DNA from: Callorhinchus milii
Taxonomy: Eukaryota
Assembly: GCF_018977255.1 (NCBI RefSeq)
Contig: NW_024705047.1
Coordinates: forward strand, 1-64,000
Direction: 5' to 3'
Length of the DNA stretch: 64,000 bases
In this document: one piece after another, positions 11,407 through 24,700 of the stretch
How positions within the stretch are numbered: the first letter of the stretch is position 1
How the letters are laid out: every line of letters starts with the position of its first letter
Notes under the pieces: generated by a model
Seen by the model: the letters and a program-made list of their open reading frames with translations, nothing else
Databases searched by the model: none
Told to the model about the DNA's origin: nothing
Position numbers and translations under genes: made by a program

Positions 11407-14400
11407 ACGCCCAATGAGTTTACTACTTCAGCCCACCGGTGGTTTGGAGAGTAAAATCACAACATTTACAATGTGATCAGCATGCAGCGTGTAGTGGAGT
11501 CAAATGTGGATAGTCCCGCATTTTCCGAGACATCTGGTCAGCGTGGAAGAGTAGGCCAAACGCCCTCTAGAGGGTGGAGGCCCTTTTCCCTGCAGTGGCG
11601 TGAGTGGGCATTTTCAGGGCTGCACCTTTACATTTTATTTGTGACTGTTGTTCGTTAAAATGTTAATATGTTGGAATAGCAATGCTCTTAAATCTCCACG
11701 ATTCCCAGAAGGGAAAAGGTGCCCCTCTATCGACCACGTGACAATACAAAGGATCGTAACTCAAACCAAACATTTAAAATTCCCTGCGAATATGTGACCA
11801 AACTACAGCAAAACCACAGCAACAACGATTAATGCCAACTGCAGAATTCCCAGCACAATGAACAAGTGTTCATATGGCTGGTATTTAAATAAATAAAAAT
11901 ATCCACGTGGCTTGCGGAATATTGTTAATTCTAGTCATTCTAAGTCACCGCTGGTCACAGAAATCCCACCAGGAATTTAATTTGCATCGGCTGGTGGTGG
12001 GGGGGGTGTGAGCGAGCCATTTTTTGAATTTGAATTCACGGTACACACTGGCGCTATGCAGACCACCGTGTACGGAGCCTCGTACCTTTGTACGAAATAA
12101 AAGGGCGAAGACAGAAGTGGAAAATGCATATGAATTTTTGGCCGATTATAATTGTATGGATTTTTTTTTGTTACGTGCCAGAGCCCCCAAGTAAGATTAT
12201 GGTGATTTATTCATGTGGCATCGGTGGAATAATGATAAAATGAGACGCAGGAAAAAAAAAAAAAAGTCCCACACCTTGGCTGTCTCTGGGCATTTAGGAA
12301 TGCGTGCAAATATGGAAGCCATTTGTCACTTGGATGACTGATGTGAGGTATGCAAAGGATCCCTTTTTGAATTAACCCCTTAGTTGAACTACCTTCGTAA
12401 TCATCATCATCATAATCATCAAATCAAAAGTGATTTCTTGCTCAAATAATCATTGAGTTAGGGCTTATCTATTATGCGTTCAACCCTGAGCCGTTGGTGG
12501 GAATTCCTCGTTCCTATGATGGGGGTGAGTTTATCCGGAGGGAGAAACACTGTTGTGGCCCCACAAAGTGGTTGATCGTTTTATCTACCCCAGAGGCATG
12601 ATGGGGTGAGTCAACTGCCAACCAGGATTTGAACTCTCGACCTTTTGACTGAGAGCTGCTCGCTCTACCGCACCCGAGCAAGTTTAAGGCCTATCCTTCC
12701 AACAGCGAAGTGAACAAGAAATTAAAGAGCTGCACTTTTACCTTGCTATTTGCATAGGCTATGATGTGTTTTATGAATATACTTGTGGGCCATAGGGCAA
12801 TGGAGGTTGCATCGAATTTTTTAAAATACTCTGTTCAGCTCAGGCCGACCAATGTATGGAGGTAATGTTCTTAAAACAGGGATGAAATTATAATTTGACG
12901 AGGCAGCTTTGCATTTGTTTATCCTGCAAGCAGTTTTGTATTTTGCAGCCGTGGTAATGCAGCTTGAAGCACAATCTAATTATTATGTAAATTCTGCTTT
13001 CTTTTGTAACAAAAATAATGCTAAAATACACGCAGAGCAATGCACAGTTCCTTGTGGCCTTTTTTGCGTCCGTTGGTTTGTCTGCATACCCTGTTCACTC
13101 TGCTTGCGTAAAACCCACGTGTTTAGACTGTCTCCACGTCCTTTGCTTATGCTGCCGTGCGTCTAGAAGTCTCCGCCAAAGTCTTCCCCCCTTACAAGAA
13201 GTAGCCCAGGGTGTGTGTGCGCGCGTGTGCCAGATCCGTCACCATGTCAAGTGGGATTCGTGCCATCCTCGACAGCTCCCTGTTGTTTTTTTTATTTTAG
13301 TTTTTTTCTATCCACAAATTCATTCCAAGTGTGCTGTCGGCATCGAATTACGAGATGAAGCCCGCTATTCGGAAATTGTCACGGAGCGGTCTATCACCCC
13401 GCCCCCCTGGCGCATTAGAGAATGGCCTGCGGAAGTAGACTTCAAGGAAATTGTTCTGAGATCTCTTACGTGACATTTTTTATCCACGTCCTAAGGGATA
13501 TTTTTCATTCTCAAGAATGGGATTTTTTTTGTCAATATTAAGTGAAGACCCAAAGTTCATGCAGTGGCTTTTTAATAAAAAAAGTATAATTACGAAGAGT
13601 ATCTCACAATGTCATAAGAGGTGGGAACTATATGTAAATCAGAATATGTATTTAGAATCAGAATATTTATTTAGATGCAGAGGAATCCGATGAGCTATTA
13701 AGCACAGACGCCCAGTAGTTTCACAGATGTCCAAGAGTATGCACATAATTGTCTTGAGTGGTAAAATATTAATGTTCCTCCGAAGACTTTGCAGATTTCC
13801 CATGACAGCCACCTCAAAATGAGCATGGCCCTAAGAAAACCAGCACAGGTGGGCAACTCGACTTGAGAACCCAGTTGAATCATGGATGGCTGAAATCCAG
13901 ATCTAAAGCCGTCACACTCAGCAGTGGCAGCTCAATTATCTGACCCATGCGCTATGCAGCCACAGGCCTCTGTGTTCTAATCTTATAAGTACGTGCGGCT
14001 GTGTGGCTCAGCGGAATAACACTCCCGCCCCTGCAGATGCAACGGGACCGCGCGGTTTGAGAATTCCAATATTTGGCACGGGGGCGAGCAAAAAGATACA
14101 CACTTGCCTGCGTGAGCCAGGAGGGCAGCTCACATGCAAAGAGTATTCTCAGCGTCTCGTCCCAGAGTCAAAAAGATGCACACCAATGCATCGGCTGCAA
14201 GGAACAGGTTGTTTTTACTCGCTCCGTTCGCACGGAACTTTAACGGAGAACAAAATCAACAGCTCCTGGCCCGTGACAAATATTCCTGTCTGGTCCAGCG
14301 GAGGGTGCTGCTGCTTTCTGAGTGCTGGAATGCAAAGCGATGTAGATATGTAAATTTTCGCAATTGGATACGATATCAAGTGTCACGACGGGACGATTAT

Positions 14401-15893
14401 CGCGATATCAGTTTGAACAGCTTTGTAACTGTGCTGCGCGTTTCCGTCGTGTTGTTTTTGTGCCTTTGCTGCAATGTCCAGCGCAGGCAAAGATTGATTC
14501 GAAGTTCTGCAGCTGCAATTCGCTCGATACCAAGGAAGCATGCAACGTTTGGCCAACGTTGTTGGCATGCGGTTGGCACTGTTAGATCCAACGCTCGCCC
14601 AGCGTTCCCCCCCCCCCCAACGACGTTCCATGTTTACTGGGTGCAAGCCTGCCATAAGTCTGTCTCATCATTACTATAGACAACCCTTATGATGCACGAT
14701 GAGGTACACACAAATCCGCTACGTAGTTTTATGAACCAAAAAGCAATGTTGCCGTAAAATATCTGTCGCTCTGTCAATTGATGTGATTTCATTCGTGTAT
14801 ATATGTATATTTTATAAATCGCTAATTTAAAGGAGAACATCTTCTGAATTACATCTTAGACCTTTTATTTTAACGCAAACACTCGCGACCATCCGCGCAT
14901 TTGCGTGGGTACACGGCCGTGGTGGAGGGTGGGTGGGGGAGGCATGGTGGCGTCACCTGGCTCATTCGGGCTGTGGAATTCAGTCGTTGTCATCGCAGAG
15001 ATGTGCACGGTGACGGCGCCACCGGGGCACTTGCCTGCGCGTGCGCCAGTCAGCCGGCCAGTGAGCAAAACTTTTTTGTTATTATAATATCGTGAGACTT
15101 GTGTGGTGCGAATGTGGTGGTCACACACACAACAAGGCCACGGGATCGATTGTAGGCTCAACTTCAAATTTAAATGTTAAAGTAAAAACCATGACCTCTC
15201 TTGGGCAACTCAACAATACTCAGAAGATGTAATATTTCATTTAAAAAAATAATGAAATGAACAACAACAATCATCATTTCAACTTGTTCTTTCAACACAG
15301 TATTCACTCGCGAAGAGAGACTCCAACTCAACGGTGCGAGGAGGAACCACAAACGACCACGCGGTGCGATTTGGACGGGCGATATGATTACCGTTCACCC
15401 AGTACGGCATATCGCGAAATATCCATGTCACGGCAACTCTGGATGATGCTAAATGTCCACGCAGTGTCTTGTTGCCGTGCTGTATGTTGGGATTAATGCA
15501 CAGTATACTAGTCGAGCGTTTTAAGGCAGCTGAACTTGAGCATGAAAAGGGACGTAGCAATGTGTCTCGGGAAGAAAGTTTCTAATCGGCGCGTACAACC
15601 TGCTCTGGCATATGGTTCATAAAAATAAAAACAACGGTCGTTAACAAATGGGTAGAAACCTCAAAAAGGTGTGCAAAGAGGCGTGGAGAGATGCATTGCT
15701 CGTAATTTAATTGAGGAGGCAGGGAGAGGAACACGTGGATTAGAGGACGCACCCAGGTTAAATGACATAATTCAAGCTGTCATTTTTCGATTTAAAGCTT
15801 TCGTGACTGCAGGGATTCATCTTCTTGGTTCTTTCGGTAAAGTCACGTAGAAGGGAAGTAATAAAATAATAAAAATAAAACATAATAAAACAA

Positions 15894-15942
15894 TTCTCAC
15901 GACGTTTCGGCCACAACGCAAGCAGCCGTCCTCAGGTGAAAA
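15894..15942 (-). ncRNA. Minimal type I hammerhead ribozyme motif
   Basis: Reverse complement of 16026-16074. Confidence 0.75.
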
Positions 15943-16025
15943 CCAGGTCCGTCGAGGCGACAGAGTCTGAATGAACAGAGCTCGTGTGCTGTTTCATTCA
16001 GACTCTGTCGCCTCGACGGACCTGG

Positions 16026-16074
16026 TTTTCACCTGAGGACGGCTGCTTGCGTTGTGGCCGAAACGTCGTGAGAA
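16026..16074 (+). ncRNA. Minimal type I hammerhead ribozyme motif
   Basis: uuuucac-CUGAGGA-c-GGCUGC(uugcguu)GUGGCC-GAAA-C-GUC-gugagaa; 7-bp stem I, 6-bp stem II. Confidence 0.8.
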
Positions 16075-16469
16075 TTGTTTTATTATGTTTTATTTTTATT
16101 ATTTTATTACTTCCCTTCTACGTGACTTTACCGAAAGAACCAAGAAGATCAAGCTGTCATGTTAAAGCGAGTGGGCTTGGGCAGGACGTGCCATCACGGG
16201 AGGGAAGGCGGCCGATTGGTCGAGACGGTTGACGGAGTGGCAGCCAAGGGATGGAACGTGTCACCGGGGAGAGAGAGAGGGGGAGTGTGCGTTGACCGAT
16301 GAGATGCAGCGAGGACATCGTCAGCTCATGTGCATGGTGCTGCGTGGTGATTTTGTTGCCGTATCGCGAGCGGTGGCGATGGCGACCTCACGTCACTCGA
16401 TGCAAGAATACATCTCCATTGGGTCCTGTTCATCCGTGAAATCCTTATTGGCAAAGCTGCGCTATACTT

Positions 16470-16997
16470 AGCTAATTCATTAACCCCATTGTCAAACCCA
16501 AGAAACCTCAGACGTCTATCTAATTGCCTTTTAACTATCACAAGAACAAGAATAGGAAAAGGTGACAGAGACTTTACCATTGCAGAAACGACGTTTTGGA
16601 AGGACCTTCTTTCCTCCCTTACCATGGTAAATCTTCCTTCAAAAAATGCCCCAAAGCAGAAGATTAATGCTGGATACAACTTAGTTTGCAAATCTGATTT
16701 GTAACTTTCATCGTTACCCGTGTATCTGTATTTCTATTTTAATGTGCAATGTTGTAGAGGGACTGTGTGTTGTTTTCTTGGTGTGGCCAGGGACTGTTTT
16801 TGTTGTTGTTTAGTTGACTTACCCAAGCTTGGGAATTGGTGTACTTATGCCATTTCAACTTATACACTTTAATTATTATGCATTTATTTTTAGCGATTAG
16901 CTTACCTTTCCTACACTTTGCACTCCCATCGTGTCTTGCGTCGTTTGTCATTAGCAACTTGCTGACCCGCCCCAGGATAAATAAATATTCTGATTGT
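16470..16997 (+). mobile_element. L2/Crack-like LINE 3' end (ORF2 C-terminus plus 3' UTR)
   Basis: Translation RTRIGKGDRDFTIAETTFWKDL..SL...PS...KQKI resembles CR1-group C-termini. A paralog lies at 31050-31450. Tail aaataaatattctgatt. Confidence 0.6.
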
Positions 16998-17690
16998 GGA
17001 TTGGGAGGCCTTCATCTAGCAGTGACTTGACCGTGGCTGCTGCTGCTGTTGATATGTTGGAAAGTTGCACCCAACACTATGGCTTGGCACACACAGAGGT
17101 GTGATCTTCGCTGCAGGCCCCTGCCGTGGTGTTAATAACTGAAAATAGCGGTGTAAAAAAAAACGCCAACAACAACGACAGTATTTAGTGCTTCTTGCCT
17201 ATGTGGACTTGTGCTGGGTGCAAATGGCCTGTCCGGCATTTGTGTGAATGCTCGGGTTAAAGTGTGGGCCGATGTTGCGACGTCTTAATAATGGCCTGCA
17301 TTTACTACCCAAGGATATTAATAAAAGCAAAAAAAATTAAAGAATCGGAGCGCCGTATAATTATCAAAAAACTGAATAAAAGCCACACAAATTCCAGTCA
17401 ATAAGGCGATGATTAGATCAGCGTTGATATATCGTAGGAATCTTGCTCAGATAAAGCAATTGGTGATAAAAGTGTTCAATAAACAGGAGGAGACAAGGCA
17501 GAGGAACGATTACTAATGAAGGCATTAAGAAGCAATTAGGGGCCGCAGATTCTGTTTCAAGGATGAAAACAAAATTAAGATAAAATAAAATCCAACGGTG
17601 TGACGAAAATGTGGACTCGTGAAAAAAACCGTTGCTGTTTAGATCTTTTAAATTGGACAAATGTATGAAGGCTAAACGATTTTGATTTTT

Positions 17691-17997
17691 TTTTCGATTT
17701 AAAGCTTTCGTGACTGCAGGGATTCATCTTCTTGGTTCTTTCGGTAAAATCACGTAGAATGGAAACAATAAAAAATAATAAAATAAAACAATAAAATAAT
17801 TCTCACGACGTTTCGGCCACAATGCAAGCAGCCGTCATCAGGTGAAGACCAGGTCTGTCGGGGAGACCAGGTCTGACAGACCTGGTCTTCACCTGATGAC
17901 GGCTGATTGCGTTGTGGCTGAAACGTCGTGATAATTATTTTATTGTTTTATTTTTTATTGTTTCCCTTCTACGTGACTTTACCGAAAGAACCAAGAA
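17691..17997. mobile_element. Penelope-like pLTR palindrome with two hammerheads (CUGAUGA core)
   Basis: Inverted arms; TSD-like gattttgattttt/gatttggattttt. Hammerheads at 17800-17847 (-) and 17888-17931 (+). Confidence 0.85.
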
Positions 17998-18074
17998 GAT
18001 TTGGATTTTTATGCAGTAAATGGTCAGGGTGGAATGGTGGATCGGTGTTTGCAACATTGCATTTATAAATCCAG

Positions 18075-18190
18075 TGGATTCCCGGCCAACATCAGTGGCG
18101 AATGATATCTGAACCGGTTCTGCTTCCCCCCCCACCACCCTACCCCCTTAATTAAGTTGCACTGACCAACTTGGTGAAGTATGGTCATAA
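18075..18190 (+). repeat. Unclassified interspersed repeat; inverted paralog at ~21955-22070
   Basis: aacatcagtggcgaatgatatctgaaccggttct...tggtgaagtatggtca matches the reverse complement at 21955-22050. Confidence 0.65.
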
Positions 18191-18486
18191 TAAGATCCAC
18201 TTCCAACACGGCGTGGGGAAGCCTTCATCCAGCAGTGGATTTATATAAGGCTGTAGAGTAAAGTAAACCTCTTGAGTTATAATTCACAAAGGATTGCTCA
18301 TTGCAGTTAATCACCAGCAATGCACCTTATCTGATTTGATCCGAGAGGCTAAGCAGATTCGAGCCTGGTTAAAGCTTGACTCAGTGACCCGTAGGGCTTC
18401 CCAGGTGTTGGAGGCCCAGAGGTGGCAGTGGCTGATCGGAATCGGAATTTTTAATTTCTACTGGAGGAATCCGATGAGCTATGAAG

Positions 18487-18866
18487 CAGAGGTCGCAAAC
18501 GGGTTTTGATTCCTTAACCGTACCCGGCCACACCAGGGTCGCAAACGGGTATCCGTACCCGGCCGTACCTGTACCCTACCCGTACCCGGCCGGGTACGGG
18601 TAGGGTATGGGTATCGGGTATCTGATTGCGACCTCTGGGATGAAGCCATGTTGCAGGCGTGGTGGGTTGATTCTAGGAACTTTAATTTTGAGAAGAGACA
18701 AGACGTTGGGAAATGAGTGACAAACAGTTACTCACCAGTGACTCACGGCCTACCCCGTACCGGCCGCACCAGGGTCGCAAACGGGTACCCGTACCCGTAC
18801 CCGGCCGGGTACGGTAGCCGGGTATCGGGTAGGGTACGGGTATCGGGTACCCGGTTGCGACCTCTG
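18487..18866. mobile_element. hAT-type MITE (composite)
   Basis: TIR cagaggtcgcaa...ttgcgacctctg with a perfect 8-bp TSD ctatgaag (18479-18486 and 18867-18874). Many subterminal gtaccc/gggtac repeats and an extra internal terminus at 18637. Confidence 0.85.
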
Positions 18867-20131
18867 CTATGAAGCTCTTTTTGCACAGATGTCCACAGAT
18901 GGCCAAGAGAGTGTCAGTGCCTGGGACGCGTGTGAGATGACTCTGGCTCCTCCGGTTCTCCCCCCCCCCCGCCACATACTACACGCTCGGCAGCGGTATT
19001 TCCCAACTAGAAAATGTAAGATGCAGCCCTGCAATTACTTGCTCATGGCATTGCTGGCAGAAGGGGCCTTCGCTCGAGGCGTAGCTCTGGAGAGCTTATT
19101 TAGAGGGTATTTAGCCCACTCTTCCATGTTGCGCTGAAGCCTTGGAAGAGGTGTGCATAATCACATTGGCCACATTTCCCTGTTGAATATCAATCCCGAA
19201 ATTCAGTCTCGAGACTCCGTGAGGTTTTACTGGATATATAATTGGCATCATCGTCATCTTGCAAGTTCTAAAATCAGGTCAGCTGTTAATCTTGGAGGAA
19301 ATTAGTCAACGTATACAAGCTCTGTTGATAATTCCCCATTCATACGGATTCTAAAGATGCATCAATGATTTTCATCATTAATAAAAGCTGATGCTACAAT
19401 AAAGATAGCTGAACTAGCGTATCGATCGTGTTCCTTTAGGCAACACAGTCCAACAATGATACATAATTTAGCTTGGTTGCTTGTTAAAATAACTTCTTGC
19501 TATAAAGTGCTTACACTACACTTTGCATTCTGTTCCGTGTTTGTAACATCTACGTCCTATTCTTTTGTAATTAGTTTTTCTCTCTCTCTCTCGTTCTGTT
19601 TAAGTTTTGTTTGCTTTTATTTTCCTGCGTGGCGATATAAACGGCTGCAGGGCCCGTGCCACTTCCACTTAGCGTGTTCCTTGCGAGCGTTGTCATCTTC
19701 TGAGTTCTCCAACGAGATCACAGTAATCAGGCCCAGCTTGCGGAAGGTAACGTTGGAACGGCTAACGGGGGGGTGGGGGGGGTGACGACACCAAGGAACG
19801 TCAGCGACACAACAGCGGAATGTTCCGCAGCGTTCGCTATCCCTCTTCGCACCTCCGGTGGGTATTTGGCCTACTCTTCCACGCTGGCCATAATGTCTCG
19901 GAAGAGGTGGGTGTCCCCACACTTTACCCCACCACATTCCACCTGCCGATTGCCCATTAACACACATTTCTATCTGCGAGCGAACAACACGGAGATCAAA
20001 TTGATTCGGCGACTTCTATATTGCAAGGCCAGTGTGGTAAACGTTACACCACGGGCAGGATAATATATTTTTTTTAAAGTACTGAAAATAACTATCAATA
20101 CTTCTCGTAAGCAGTATTGTTATTCGTATTA

Positions 20132-21735
20132 CACTATGTAACACAATTTTTGTTCCTGGGTAGTAAGTGTTATTTAGTAATTTCTCATGCCTAAAAAGTT
20201 TAGAAAATGGCTATTATTCCCCACAAACTTTGCTTTTGTGACCAGGACAGTGATATTTAGAAATTTACCGATTTTCAATGAAAAAACGGGTGAATTTGTG
20301 TCTTTTCGTTCACATAAAGTCAGAAAAAATCACATATGAATCAAAATGAACATGTATTCATAGTAGAGTGATACAAAAATTACGACAGAAGATTTAGAAG
20401 TGAGTAGTTTTTCGAGATTTACAATTATACTATAAATCACTTTCACGAAACAGCCCCCAAATTAGTCTCCCATCATGTTCTCGTTATACTGTCCTTGGTA
20501 GCGGCGTTCAAAGTCCAGTATATCCTGGTAGAAGCGCTCGCCTTGCTCCTCCGAGTACGCTCCCATGTTCTCCTTGAATTTATCAAGATGAGCATCAAGG
20601 ATATGGACTTTGAGGGACATCCTACAGCCCATTGTGCCGTAGTTCTTCACCAGAGTCTCAACCAGCTCACATAGTTTTCGACCTTGTGATTGCCCAGGAA
20701 GCCAAAACCACTGCGACAAAGCTGTCCCAAGTTGCTTTCTCCTTACTAGTGAGCTTCTTGGGGAATTCATTGCACTCCAGGATCTTCTTTATCTGTGGTC
20801 CGACAAAGACACTGGCTTTGACCTTTGCCTCAGACAACTTAGGGAAGAAGTCTTGAAGGTACTTGAAGGCTGCCGACTCCTTATCTACAGCTCTGACAAA
20901 TTGTTTCATAAGGCCCAATTTGATGTGCGGTGGTGGCATCAGCACCTTCCGGGGGTCCACCAGTGGCTCCCACTTGACGTTGTTCCTCCCCACAGAGAAC
21001 TCGGTCTGCTGTGGCCAGTCCCGCCTGTACCATCCTACAAAAATACATTTATTTCACCCATGACTAATGTGTAAGAGATTCTCGCAACAATTTTCATATA
21101 TGATATATATTTTTTCAATAACATAAAAAATTGTAAAACATTTAAAAATAAAAAACTTTTACAAATTAAATGTTTTTAACAAATTTTACAACATAAAATT
21201 CTAAGCAATAATTGTCCATCTTACCTTCCAGAGTTATTTTGCATTGCTCGCAGGTGAAATGAGGTGCCCAGGGTTTGTCTTGATCCTCGACAGGCATGCC
21301 GAAATATGCCTTGTAGGCCTCACACATCTTAGCAGATGCTTCCACAGAGTACTTTTTCACTCTTGTTTCATAAATTGGCCGCAGACATAGCAAAATTCGT
21401 CTGCCGGATGTTTGCAGCCTCTTGATGCCATCTCAGGTAAATGCAGATTTGTATCCACTTAGGCAGCTGGAACTAAACTGAACTGGTGTGCTTAAGGCCC
21501 CTGCATTTATACTACTATTTATATTACTGGAAAGTTCTAGAATGTTCTAGAAGTTTCTCCAAGTTTACTCAGCACTGAATCTATCTGGAATGTTCTGGAA
21601 AATTGGTAAATTTCAAAATATCACTGTCCTGGTCACAAAAGAAAAGTTTGTCGGGAATAATAGCCAGTTTGTGTACTTTTGAGGCATAAGCAATTAGGAT
21701 ATAACACTACTCAGGAACAAAAAAAAATGTTACAC
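20132..21735 (-). mobile_element. Chapaev3-type (CMC superfamily) DNA transposon, internally deleted
   Basis: ~150-bp TIRs starting cactatgtaac; flanking TTA (right tip appears eroded). Transposase remnants inside. Confidence 0.85.
20440..21431 (-). pseudogene. Chapaev3 transposase pseudogene (frameshifted, intron-containing, core deleted)
   Basis: N-terminal Cys motif MASRGCKHPADEFCYVCGQF...YKAYFG...QDKPWAPHFTCEQC. GT..AG intron at ~21224-21036. C-terminal PP.HIKLGLMKQFV...FPKLSEAK...GCRMSLKVHILDAHLD.F.ENMGAYSEEQGERF.QDI..FERRYQG. Confidence 0.85.
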
Positions 21736-24700
21736 TTATTATTGTATATTGAAAACTAAATGCTTTAAAACTTTTTTACGTTTAGTTTGTTGTCCTTCCC
21801 CGCACCTCTGATGAGCACGGTAGGCTACGTATTGCGCGAAAGAATTTCAACATGCATACATACATACGTACATGCGTTGTTAATAATAATACAAAAAACC
21901 TTTGGTCGATGCACTTCCTGTTGAAGGCCTCCCCATGCCATGTCAGTCACGGGTGCTGTTTGACCATACTTCACCACAATGGTCAATGCAAGTTTGGTGA
22001 ATGGGGTACCTAGAACCGGTTCAGATATCATTTGCCACTGATGTTAGCTGTGGCGGGGAATTCAATTCAGGTTGCTGAGTTTTGTAGTGTGGTTACGCTA
22101 ACCGCTTTTTTCCACCTCCGCACGCAATTCTACACGGCGTCGCAAAGCCAGAGATCTGGTGGTGAAAATGAATCATGAAAACCCGGCGAGACTTTTTCTG
22201 GCAAGCAAAATAAATTATTACGTATCTCTGTGTTTGCAGTTTTATTCGCGGACAACAAGTTTAATGAAATACACACCAATCTTGACAGTTGATAAGAAAA
22301 TAATGCAAGCGTCAGAGATATGCTGTGTTTTTTTTTAAGTTACAGGGGCACCACTGCTTCCTAGAGATTTTTGTTTTATCTGGCGGCATTATTTACTTCA
22401 AGCCCTGCCAAGTCACCGCTTGCCTCTTCTCCCCACGCACCTCCCTACCTCCCCGATTCTTGCTTGGAACATTTCGCGCCCCTCCCTCTGTAGCTCCACG
22501 CTGCATTAACAGATACCTATCATCAACCACCCAGTAGTTGTTGTGGGGAAGGGCGGCGGTTTTAACATCACGCTGCTGGTCGCGGAGATAGTTGTAGCCA
22601 TCGCGCCTGTGATTAATGCGCTTGTCACGGCCAATAGGACCCCTCACAACATTACACGGACGCTGCAATTTCATCTTGGCCGGTGTGGCCCATGCCTTGT
22701 GCGTTTCCAGCCACCCGGCTAAAGGAATGACAGATATACCGTTCCACGGGCTGTTTATCCGGCCCACGCAATAGGCGCGAGCGTTGTTATTTACCCACTC
22801 CGTTTGTTTGTTCGTTTATGCGTGCATGCAAACTTCTTAAAATCGTTGCCAATTATCGCCACTGCAGCGGTTTTTATTTCGCCTCCTCCTCTTCCTGGGA
22901 TATTGTATAGAGGAGGACTCCCATTAACCGCTGCGATATTGCCCGTGACTTGAAATATCCTGTTGCCCGAGACTCCATTCTTCCTATCACCTGCAGTTAT
23001 CTGTAGATTTCCCCACATACCTTAAGGAAGGCATCCTATTATCCGCAACCATCTTGCGAGTAAGAAGAGTTTATGGACGAAAATGTAGAGGATAATACGC
23101 GATTATCCACTATTTCTTCCCACGGTTAAGTGGAGTAATTTTGCGGATGTCCCTGGCGGGTGACAGGGTCTGTGATACTGGTTCTTAGCATCACCATGGA
23201 TAAAAGGAGCTCTCCTGGATTTAGTATTTTTTTTATTTCACATTTTCACTTAAGTTTAATGTCTGAATTTCGGAATTTGAAATGGCAATACTTCTCTTCC
23301 TTTTTTAATATTCTCAAAAACTATTACGGAGCCGTATTTCACGTTGGAAATGCGTAATGAAAAACCCTGCTGTAAAGAGAAAAAAAATGTAAACACGATC
23401 GGGGGATAAGAAAAGAGCTCAGCATAAAATGAGAAATATAATCGCTAAATAATCTGTAAAGCGTTTGCATTTGCTGGCATAGCCCTGTCTCGATTCAAAA
23501 GCCTTTATGTGTGTGATTGGTTTTTAGTTAAGGTGAGGAATGTCAAGTTTAGTGGGCATACCGACAGCTCATAGATTAATTTTCTTGTCATGCACGGTTC
23601 ACCATCATTTTGGCACCTTTCCTGCAAGACCCTTCCCCAAGCGACTTTGGGCACACATCTTACCAAGGATCACTCTGCCAATTCTGCCTACGTGCTAATG
23701 TAATGCTCATAACCTGTCCTCAAATCATCTAACCTTAATTGCTTTCCTACATCTTTATTACATCAGCTGGTACCCATAATTCCCTATGCACCCACTTGGC
23801 AGTAAAACAAGTTTATGGTGACAATTAAATGTCATATTTTCTCCGCTGCTGATGTATTATACATACACAGTAATTGAAGCTGGCAGTGTGTGTGTGTGTG
23901 GGTGCACAATATTCGACTTTTCTCGATACTTATCATATATGGAGCCATTTTCAGTAGTTCTCCATTTTCTGTACAATGCAATTGCCTAAAGGCCGAGCGT
24001 TTTAGCGAAATGCTTTCTCTGAAGGGAGCCTGCGATGCAAGTCGTATGCCAGGCGTAACTTTGGCCGCATCCAAGTGAGTCAAACGCCAAAAAAGCATTC
24101 GACCACTGCCTCTCACTCGTGCGTAACCTCCGTGCATTTTAAAACGATTCCAGCTCACAATGTGCCTTCCCCTGGGAGCAGGAAGAAAGTAATGAAATAA
24201 GAAAAACAGAATTGTTACCCGTGAACAATTGCGCGCAACGTGCGCTGGTTGCGCGCACTTATGTCCGTCGTAAGACCCATAGACCTGCACGTATGCCCAT
24301 AGACCCGCATAGAGACCCATAAACTCACGTAACATACACTTACACATTTACATATATGCATACAACACGCTGCCTGTGACTAATTGAACTTATGCGTGCG
24401 TGATCTCATCACCTTTCAGAAGCTAAGCTGTTTGTAGCCTGGCTAGCGCTCGGATGAGGGAGACAGTCGATGAATGCATGGTGATTTTGGCTTGGAATGT
24501 GAGGTGTCTCAAATAAGATAGGATCGCAAAGGATGCTCAGTTCTCTCAGTGTGGAACTTTGAATGACTCCCCCTCGTATGAGTGAAGTTCTCTCCAGAAA
24601 CTATGACTGTCCACGACGAGCCAAACACTCGTCAATGAAATTGGCCAAAACTTTCCGATGCAGCACGCTCCTTCAACTTAGTCTTGAAACTCAGCGAGCC

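Larger units (their letters stand above)
15784..16148. mobile_element. Penelope-like pLTR palindrome with two hammerheads
   Basis: 12-bp TSD tcaagctgtcat at 15772-15783 and 16149-16160; near-perfect inverted arms. Confidence 0.9.
15600..16380 (+). mobile_element. Degenerate RTE LINE 3' fragment interrupted by a PLE palindrome
   Basis: Translation WAWAG...DWSRRLTEWQPRDG..RG resembles an RTE C-terminus and is similar to 7800-7960. Boundaries approximate. Confidence 0.55.
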
